From NCBI GenBank assembly GCA_020049015.1, contig JAIFLP010000111.1, positions 1 to 44,292 on the forward strand: 44,292 bases of DNA, in the 5' to 3' direction. Shown here one piece after another: positions 37,717 through 44,292 of this stretch (the first letter of the stretch is position 1; the number at the start of each line of letters is the position of its first letter). Made by a program: the position numbers and the translations under genes. The notes under the pieces are model-generated. The model saw only the letters and a program-made list of their open reading frames with translations, was not told where the DNA came from and ran no database searches. The stretch comes from Bacteroidota bacterium (GTDB taxonomy: Bacteria > Bacteroidota > Bacteroidia > Bacteroidales > DTGW01).

Positions 37717-40700
37717 ATGGTTTATATGCGCAAAGTTATAAAAAAAATATTATATGTAGTTATCAGTTTGCTGATATTGGTTCTAATTATTCCAGCATTA
37801 GTTTATATTTTGCTTCAATTTAAGCCAATTCAAAACTATACCCGACTAAAAATTGAAAATGTAGTAAGTCAGCGAATTCAAATGAAATTTAAAGTTGAAT
37901 CCATTTCTATGGCAATGGATTATAAAATCATTCTAAACCATCCTGCAATTATTGATGAAAATCGCGATACTTTTTTTCATGCCAATAGAATCCTTGCCCG
38001 GATAAAATATTTGGATACACAAGACAAGCAAATAAATATAAACCGATGTATTGTTGAAAAAGCAGACATCAAAATTACTCAAGATGCGGACTATAAGCTA
38101 AATATTAGCTCCCTGATAGCAGCTTTGACAATTCCTAAAGATTCTACCAAGAAAAACAAGCCCTGGAAATTAGAAATAGACCGATTGCAATTTTTTGAAT
38201 CAACATTCATATATAAAAACTATTATAGGTATGATGCGGGTAAAGCAATAAATTTTTCTGATTTGCATTTTACCAACTTGGATTTTGCCCTTAAAAATTT
38301 CACTATCATTAAAGATACCATACTATTTGGTGTTAACAAGATTAGTTTTAAAGATAAATCAGGTTTTGTTGTTGATAATCTTATGGCAGATATGTCGCTC
38401 AGCAAAAGACATGTGCATTTTTACAATCTCTATTTATCTACGCCGTTTTCTCAGATAAATGCCCCTTCTTTTAAAATGAACTTTGAAAATTTTAAGGCTT
38501 TTTCAAAAATTGGTACAGATGTAATATTTGATGTAAATCTGTCGCGATCAAAGTTTAGTTTTATTGATGTTTGCTACATTATTAAATCGATGCGGGGATA
38601 TAATGATAAAATGGAGCTTGCTGGAGGAATATTTGGAACCGTTGATAATTTAAAAGGAAAGGGCGTTGAATTGTATTATGGAAGGAATGCTTATTTTAAA
38701 GGTAATGCCAGTATTGATGGATTGCCCGATGTTAGCAATCTTTTTATGTATTTGGATATTAAAAAAGCTGTTTTCGACTATTTTGATGTGCAACGTTTTA
38801 CCAATGAATTTTTGCCGCAAAAAAATATTAAAATACCTGAATCAATTAAAAAGTTTGGGTTTATTCATTACAAAGGGTCATATACCGGATTTTTTAATGA
38901 TTTTGTTGCCTTTGGTAATTTTAAGTCAGCCATTGGTGTTTTAAAAACCGATATTATGCTCAAACCTTCTGCAGGAGAAAATCTTTTTTTTCAAGGTAGG
39001 GTTTCGTCCGAAGGTTTTGATGTAGGAAAAATTACGGGTACGGAAAAGTATGCCGGGTTAATGAAATTTGATTTATTAGTAGATGGTTCCAATACCGGAA
39101 ATGAAGAATCTGTTACCGCTCAGATTGATGGTAAGGTATATGAATTTGTTTTTAATAAGTATAAATACGAAAGTATCGTACTTAAAGGGCTTATGACCAA
39201 TAAATCATACGACGGAAATTTGACAATTAACGACCCTAATATTAAATTTTTATTCAATGGCAAAGTTGATTTTTCAAAAAAAATACCTGAGTTTCATTTC
39301 GATGGGGATTTGCAGCATGCTAATTTGTACAAATTGAATTTTGATAAAAAGGATAGCCTACACCAACTCACAATGTTTATAACTGCTGATATTAAAGGTA
39401 ATGCTCCCGAGAACTTGAATGGTGTAGTTTCATTAAAGTATGCAAAATTTAAGAAAACAAATAAGGAGTTGCTTCTCGAGAATATATCATTATTTGCTGT
39501 GAATAACGAAAGTACGAATAAGCTTCTTTTAAAATCATCCTATGTTGATGCTCAATTTTCTGGAGTGTATCGAGCTCCTACTATTTTAAATTCCATTAAA
39601 CACTATTTGGCAACTTATCTCCCCGTATTGTTTTCTCATACTCATAACAATATCGATGAAAGTAATTCGCTTATTGATTTTACTCTTAAATTGAAGCGCA
39701 CTTCTCCTATTTCTGATTATTTTTTTCCTGGTTATTATACTAGCGATAATACAATGTTGTATGGGCACTATATGCCCAGAAAAAATAAAATTTCACTCAT
39801 TGCATTATCTAAGGAAATACATTTGAAAAATCGAGTGCTGTATGGTTTTATGGCAAATATTCATTCAAATGACACAGCAATAAAAATGGAGCTTGGTATT
39901 GAAAATCTAGTGGCAGGAAAGAAATTTCAGTTTAAGAATTTTACCTTTAATGCAGCGGCATTTAATAATCAGGTTGGTTTCCAAACCCGATGGAATACTT
40001 GGGATAGTATTGCCAATAAAGCATTGGTTTCTGGAATGGGAACTTTTTCACGTGTTGATTCCCTTAGTAAACCCATTATGGATATTCGAGTGAATCCAAT
40101 TGATATGGTTTTGCGGAATATTGATTGGAAAATAGACTCCTCTTCTTTCCGACTTTCATCAGATGGTTTGGTTATAAATAGTTTTAAAGCTAAGCATGAA
40201 ACTCAGTTTATTAATGTGAATGGAGCAATTTCAAGATTACCCGAAGACAGTCTTTTTGTTAAAGTAAATGATATTCAGGTTGAATATTTCAATTTATTAT
40301 TACCCACAGATAAACTTTATTTTTCGGGTTATGCTTCTGGTAAAGCCGCTATGTCGGGTTTGTTTAGCAAGCCTGTTTTTATAAGCAATATTGTGGTTGA
40401 AAAGTTATTGCTTAATGAAGAGCCGCTTGGCAAAACACGCCTAATTGCCGAATGGGATGATACCTACAAACGTATAAAGCTTTCACTTAATAGTAGATTA
40501 GAGCGATTAAACACGGTAAAATTAAATGGTTATTATTATCCCGAGAATTCAAGTATTGATGTGGTGCTTCAGCTCGATAAAGTTAATCCTGTTGTTTTAG
40601 CTCCGTTTATGACTGCTTTGGTTTACGATGTGTCTGGTATGGCAACCGGTGCATTGTTTTTTCACGGCCCTTTGGCTTCACCCGATTTATCTGGTAAAGT

Positions 40701-42201
40701 GAAGTTATTAAAAACTTCTTTTAATGTTAATTTTTTAAAAGGCAGGTATAGCACTACTGCGGATGTTCTATTTGACAAAACAAAAATTGAAGTTGAAAAG
40801 GCTATAGTATTTGATGCCAATGGAAATAAAGCAATATTGGATGCTACGGTGAATCATAAATTCTTTCGCGACATGACTTTTAAATCAGATATACTTGCCA
40901 ATAATTTCATTTTCCTTGATACCAAAGCATCCGATAATATTTATTTTTATGGAAAGGCTATTGGTTCTGGAACGATAAATATAAGTGGCAATACCAATAA
41001 TATTAATATCATAGTAAATGCTACCAGCGATAAGAATACCCTTATCAATATACCTTTTCGTTACGGTAATGAAGTGGAAGTGAAGCGTTTTATTAGCTTT
41101 AAAAATAAAAAAAGCTTGTCTGATACATTATTTTTTGTTGAAAAACCGATAACAAAAGCCAATCTTTCAGGAATTAATATGCAATTTTATTTTACTGTAA
41201 CACCCGATGCCGAAGTTCAGATTATTTTTGATCCCAAAATGGGCGATATTATAAAGGGAACAGGCTCAGGAAATATTACCATGGAATTAAATACCCTTGG
41301 CAAGCTTAAAATGTATGGCAGCTATACCATCGATGAAGGAGATTACTTATTTACGCTTAAAAATGTAATTAATAAAAAGTTGAAGGTAGAGCGGGGTGGA
41401 CAAATAGAATGGACAGGCGATCCCATTGATGCAAATATTGATTTGAAAGCCAATTATCGTACTCGATCTGCTTTGTATAATGTTATTCCTGAAGTTTCTG
41501 ATGAATATAAAAACCGTATTCCAATAGATTGTCAGGTGCAACTTACCGGTAAGTTACTCAATCCCATTATCCGCTATGATATAATATTGCCTTATGCCAA
41601 TGAAGAAACCAAAAATAAGCTTAAAAGTGTTTTAAATACCGAGACTGAATTGGCAAAACAGTTTTTATCATTGATTGTTTTTAATTCTTTTTATGCCAAT
41701 GCTTATAAATCACAAGAAGTTACCACCTCAACCGATGCCAGTGTTATGATGACAGAATTTTTGTCTAATCAGTTAAGTAATTGGCTTTCATCTGGCGAAT
41801 GGGATGTTGGCGTTAACTACAGAGTTGGTAATGCATCAAGTAGTTCAGAAGTTGAGCTGGCTCTATCGCGTCAATTATTTAACGATCGCATCAGTGTGCA
41901 AGGCAATATTGGATATGGAGGTGTTTCATCAACTAATTCAACAACTGGACTTGCGCCCCAGCAAAATTATCTTACTGGTGATTTAAATGTAGATGTTAAA
42001 TTAACCAAAAATGGAAAGCTTCTGGCAAGGGCATTTAACCGAGCTAATGATCAATATGCTTTGGTCGACTTTGAGCAATCATTGCACAAACAAGGCGTTG
42101 GAATAGTTTATAAAGAAGAATTTGATACTTTTTCTGAACTGCTAAAACGTTACTACAAGGCTATTTTTGTTAAAAAAACGATTGAGCCAAAAGAAAAATA
42201 G
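37717..42201 (+). CDS. tamB: translocation/assembly module protein TamB-like (N-terminal anchor, long beta-rich body, DUF490-type C-terminus)
   Basis: 1494 aa. It has a single N-terminal TM (ILYVVISLLILVLIIPALVYILL), a repetitive beta-strand-rich sequence, and a conserved-looking C-terminal ~350 aa. Confidence 0.78.
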   Translation: MVYMRKVIKKILYVVISLLILVLIIPALVYILLQFKPIQNYTRLKIENVVSQRIQMKFKVESISMAMDYKIILNHPAIIDENRDTFFHANRILARIKYLDTQDKQININRCIVEKADIKITQDADYKLNISSLIAALTIPKDSTKKNKPWKLEIDRLQFFESTFIYKNYYRYDAGKAINFSDLHFTNLDFALKNFTIIKDTILFGVNKISFKDKSGFVVDNLMADMSLSKRHVHFYNLYLSTPFSQINAPSFKMNFENFKAFSKIGTDVIFDVNLSRSKFSFIDVCYIIKSMRGYNDKMELAGGIFGTVDNLKGKGVELYYGRNAYFKGNASIDGLPDVSNLFMYLDIKKAVFDYFDVQRFTNEFLPQKNIKIPESIKKFGFIHYKGSYTGFFNDFVAFGNFKSAIGVLKTDIMLKPSAGENLFFQGRVSSEGFDVGKITGTEKYAGLMKFDLLVDGSNTGNEESVTAQIDGKVYEFVFNKYKYESIVLKGLMTNKSYDGNLTINDPNIKFLFNGKVDFSKKIPEFHFDGDLQHANLYKLNFDKKDSLHQLTMFITADIKGNAPENLNGVVSLKYAKFKKTNKELLLENISLFAVNNESTNKLLLKSSYVDAQFSGVYRAPTILNSIKHYLATYLPVLFSHTHNNIDESNSLIDFTLKLKRTSPISDYFFPGYYTSDNTMLYGHYMPRKNKISLIALSKEIHLKNRVLYGFMANIHSNDTAIKMELGIENLVAGKKFQFKNFTFNAAAFNNQVGFQTRWNTWDSIANKALVSGMGTFSRVDSLSKPIMDIRVNPIDMVLRNIDWKIDSSSFRLSSDGLVINSFKAKHETQFINVNGAISRLPEDSLFVKVNDIQVEYFNLLLPTDKLYFSGYASGKAAMSGLFSKPVFISNIVVEKLLLNEEPLGKTRLIAEWDDTYKRIKLSLNSRLERLNTVKLNGYYYPENSSIDVVLQLDKVNPVVLAPFMTALVYDVSGMATGALFFHGPLASPDLSGKVKLLKTSFNVNFLKGRYSTTADVLFDKTKIEVEKAIVFDANGNKAILDATVNHKFFRDMTFKSDILANNFIFLDTKASDNIYFYGKAIGSGTINISGNTNNINIIVNATSDKNTLINIPFRYGNEVEVKRFISFKNKKSLSDTLFFVEKPITKANLSGINMQFYFTVTPDAEVQIIFDPKMGDIIKGTGSGNITMELNTLGKLKMYGSYTIDEGDYLFTLKNVINKKLKVERGGQIEWTGDPIDANIDLKANYRTRSALYNVIPEVSDEYKNRIPIDCQVQLTGKLLNPIIRYDIILPYANEETKNKLKSVLNTETELAKQFLSLIVFNSFYANAYKSQEVTTSTDASVMMTEFLSNQLSNWLSSGEWDVGVNYRVGNASSSSEVELALSRQLFNDRISVQGNIGYGGVSSTNSTTGLAPQQNYLTGDLNVDVKLTKNGKLLARAFNRANDQYALVDFEQSLHKQGVGIVYKEEFDTFSELLKRYYKAIFVKKTIEPKEK

Positions 42202-42302
42202 CTTTTCTTTATGGAATTTTTAAACAATAATCATCTAATATAAGAGTTTAGTTTTATAATTCTCATTATATTTGTAAAGGTTTGATTTTAAAATGTGTAT
42301 TT

Positions 42303-42998
42303 ATGAATATGTTATCGGTTTTATTACAAAAAGGCATTGATTCCTCAGCAGTAGCAAATGCAGCTGTCAAGCAGGAACAAATAAATTATATTGAGCTGGC
42401 TATTAAAGGTGGCTGGGTTATGATTCCTATTCTGTTGCTATCTGTGGCAGCGGTGTATATTTTTGTTGACCGCTTTTTTGCCATCCGCAAAGCATCAAAG
42501 CTCGATCATGCTTTTATGGACAGAATTAAAGATTACATTCACGAAGGCAAAATTGATGCCGCACTAAATTTTTGTAAAGACCACCCCAACGTGGTTCCCC
42601 GCATGATTGAAAAAGGATTGCAGCGATTGGGCAGGCCACTTTCTGATATCAATACAGCCATTGAGAATGTAGGTAGGGTTGAGATTGCTAAATTAGAAAA
42701 GGGTGTCCCTTTTCTGGCTACGTGTGCTGGAGGCGCTCCTATGTTAGGATTTTTAGGCACGGTAACAGGCATGATCAAAGCATTTTTTGATATGGCCAAT
42801 GCAGGCAATAATATTGATGTGAAATTATTATCTAATGGTATATATGAAGCAATGGTTACTACTGTTGCGGGACTTTTAGTTGGTATTATTGCTTACTTTG
42901 CTTATAATATCATTGCAGCCAAGATTCAGGAAACGGTAAACGTTTTGGAATCAAAAGCCATGGAATTTATGGATTTATTAAACGAGCCTGTAAAATAA
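42303..42998 (+). CDS. exbB: MotA/TolQ/ExbB proton-channel protein
   Basis: Three TM segments and the conserved block GAPMLGFLGTVTGMIKAF. ATG at 42303 is preferred over the track TTG at 42282. Confidence 0.9.
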   Translation: MNMLSVLLQKGIDSSAVANAAVKQEQINYIELAIKGGWVMIPILLLSVAAVYIFVDRFFAIRKASKLDHAFMDRIKDYIHEGKIDAALNFCKDHPNVVPRMIEKGLQRLGRPLSDINTAIENVGRVEIAKLEKGVPFLATCAGGAPMLGFLGTVTGMIKAFFDMANAGNNIDVKLLSNGIYEAMVTTVAGLLVGIIAYFAYNIIAAKIQETVNVLESKAMEFMDLLNEPVK

Positions 42999-43004
42999 TA
43001 AGCT

Positions 43005-43397
43005 ATGGCAATCAAATCGAAAAATAAAATTGATGCAAGTTTTAGCATGTCGTCTATGAGCGATTTGGTATTTTTATTGCTCATTTTTTTCATGATAACT
43101 TCAACTTTAATATCTCCCAATGCATTGAAACTGTTATTGCCTAACAGCAATGCGCAAACGGCATCCAAGACCCACACCACCATATCCATTACAAAAGATT
43201 TGTTGTTTTATGTTGAGGATGTTCCCTTGGATATTAATACAATAGAAGCGTATTTGCAGAAAAAGCTTAGCGGGCAAGCAGAGCCGGTTGTTTCATTGCA
43301 TGTTGATCAGTCAGTTCCCATGCAGGAAGTGGTAAAAGTAATGAATATTGCCTACAAGAATAAATACAAACTAATACTGGCAACCAGTCCGGAATAA
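43005..43397 (+). CDS. exbD: ExbD/TolR biopolymer transport protein
   Basis: N-terminus SMSDLVFLLLIFFMITS with a single TM, 130 aa, and a start 6 nt after exbB. Confidence 0.9.
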   Translation: MAIKSKNKIDASFSMSSMSDLVFLLLIFFMITSTLISPNALKLLLPNSNAQTASKTHTTISITKDLLFYVEDVPLDINTIEAYLQKKLSGQAEPVVSLHVDQSVPMQEVVKVMNIAYKNKYKLILATSPE

Positions 43398-43415
43398 CCA
43401 TAAAAAATAATTATT

Positions 43416-44207
43416 ATGGCTACAGAGAAAAAAATATCGGTTGAAGGTTTTATAGCAGCGCTAGTATTTCATGTGCTTATACTTTTGCTCATGCTATTTT
43501 ACGGATTACCCTATATAACTCCTCCTCCACCTGAAATGGGTATTGCGGTGAATTTGGGAATGGACGATGCGGGTGCGGGATTAGTAGAACCCATGACTGC
43601 CGAAGAAACAGCTGCAGCAAATAACCCATCTGCAGTTGCTCCATCAGAAGAGAATACACTTACCCAAGATGTAGAAGAAACTCCTGTTGTAGCTGAAAAA
43701 AAGACAATTAAGCCTAAAGAAACGGTGAAGCCCAAAGATCAGAAAAAAGAGGAAAAAAATCCGGTGGAGGAAAAGAATATAGAGCCGAAAAAAGAAGTGA
43801 ATAAAAAGGCATTAATGGGACCCAATAACAAAACTGGTAACACCGTTGGCGAGGGAGTTACTTCAGGTAATGGAAATCAGGGGGTGAGCAACGGAACACA
43901 AGGAGCGCTTAATTATGGTCAAGGTGGTGGAAATAGTGTGAGCTTTTCGTTAAACGGAAGAGCAAAGAGATTTTTACCTGAACCCATAAAAACGAAAGCG
44001 GAAGCAGGTATTGTCGTTGTTAAAATTACAGTTGATAGGAACGGAAATGTAACAAATGCCTTTTCCGGTGCAAAGGGAACTAATATTGATGATGAAAATA
44101 TTTTGAAAGAAGCAAGACAAGCAGCTTTAAAATCTAAGTTTAGCTCAAAAGCAGAAGCCGCTGTTGAAGAATCTGGAACCATAACTTATGTGTATACTGT
44201 GAAGTAA
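43416..44207 (+). CDS. tonB: energy transducer TonB
   Basis: N-terminal TM anchor, Pro/Lys/Glu-rich spacer (KPKETVKPKDQKKEEKNPVEEK), and a C-terminal TonB_C-like domain (AGIVVVKITVDRNGNVTNA...EARQAALKSKF). Confidence 0.88.
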   Translation: MATEKKISVEGFIAALVFHVLILLLMLFYGLPYITPPPPEMGIAVNLGMDDAGAGLVEPMTAEETAAANNPSAVAPSEENTLTQDVEETPVVAEKKTIKPKETVKPKDQKKEEKNPVEEKNIEPKKEVNKKALMGPNNKTGNTVGEGVTSGNGNQGVSNGTQGALNYGQGGGNSVSFSLNGRAKRFLPEPIKTKAEAGIVVVKITVDRNGNVTNAFSGAKGTNIDDENILKEARQAALKSKFSSKAEAAVEESGTITYVYTVK

Positions 44208-44292
44208 AATAAATTAAAAAAAATGATATGAAAGTAGAAGAATATTTTTCAAATAATTCAAAAAGTATATTACAAATCACTGTTGTCCGATA

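Noticed and set aside
42190-42210. aaagaaaa/ttttcttt stem right at the tamB stop as a terminator
   Set aside because: The stem is almost purely A-U, overlaps the coding end and has no clear U tract, so it is too weak to call.
43650-43830. Repetitive Lys/Pro/Glu-coding stretch in tonB, and a similar Ala/Lys/Asp stretch in the anti-sigma gene near 21000-21100
   Set aside because: These are the normal low-complexity periplasm-spanning linkers of such proteins, not DNA repeats or mobile elements.
44229-44292. Possible start of another + strand gene (MKVEEYFSNNSKSILQITVV...) at the right edge
   Set aside because: Only 21 codons are visible, which is too short to call.
1-44292. Scan for tRNA T-loop signatures, rRNA, CRISPR-like spaced repeats, transposase/integrase/recombinase ORFs, and toxin-antitoxin or known defence gene signatures
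   Set aside because: None was seen by eye. All intergenic gaps except 605-1033, 10482-11061 and 17043-17351 are too short to host such elements. A covariance-model scan would be needed to exclude small ncRNAs.

Overview
AT-rich (roughly one-third G+C by eye), about 90% coding chromosomal segment. Gene content looks like a Bacteroidota-type genome: a T9SS type-B (gliding-motility) C-terminal sorting domain protein, ExbB-ExbD-TonB, TamB, a mitochondrial-type aconitase, and many starts without a Shine-Dalgarno sequence. Most of the window is ordinary housekeeping: def, ruvX, acnA, uvrB, zwf-pgl, gltBD, maf, a UbiA-family prenyltransferase, kdsC, ndk, argG, tsaD, tamB and exbBD-tonB. I found no tRNA, rRNA, CRISPR array, transposase, integrase or recognisable defence gene. 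The non-routine parts are as follows. (1) At the left edge there is an unassignable ORF that is open to the window boundary, then a decayed small repeat-protein gene. Next to them, comEC is inactivated by a perfect 13-bp tandem duplication plus a second frame break. (2) A signalling island at about 20.1-28.7 kb contains an orphan CheW-like protein, an ECF sigma factor and a zinc-type anti-sigma factor whose outer domain looks like TonB_C. Divergent from these is a secreted VIT-vWA protein that also ends in TonB_C, followed by a soluble REC-PAS-GAF-PAS histidine kinase and a NarL-type regulator. This island is my best candidate for an undescribed system, but the link between its genes is inference from architecture only. 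(3) An orphan SiaC-like (DUF1987) partner-switch protein lies divergent from a Mesh1-like small alarmone hydrolase. All family assignments come from reading motifs in the supplied translations; no database search was possible.
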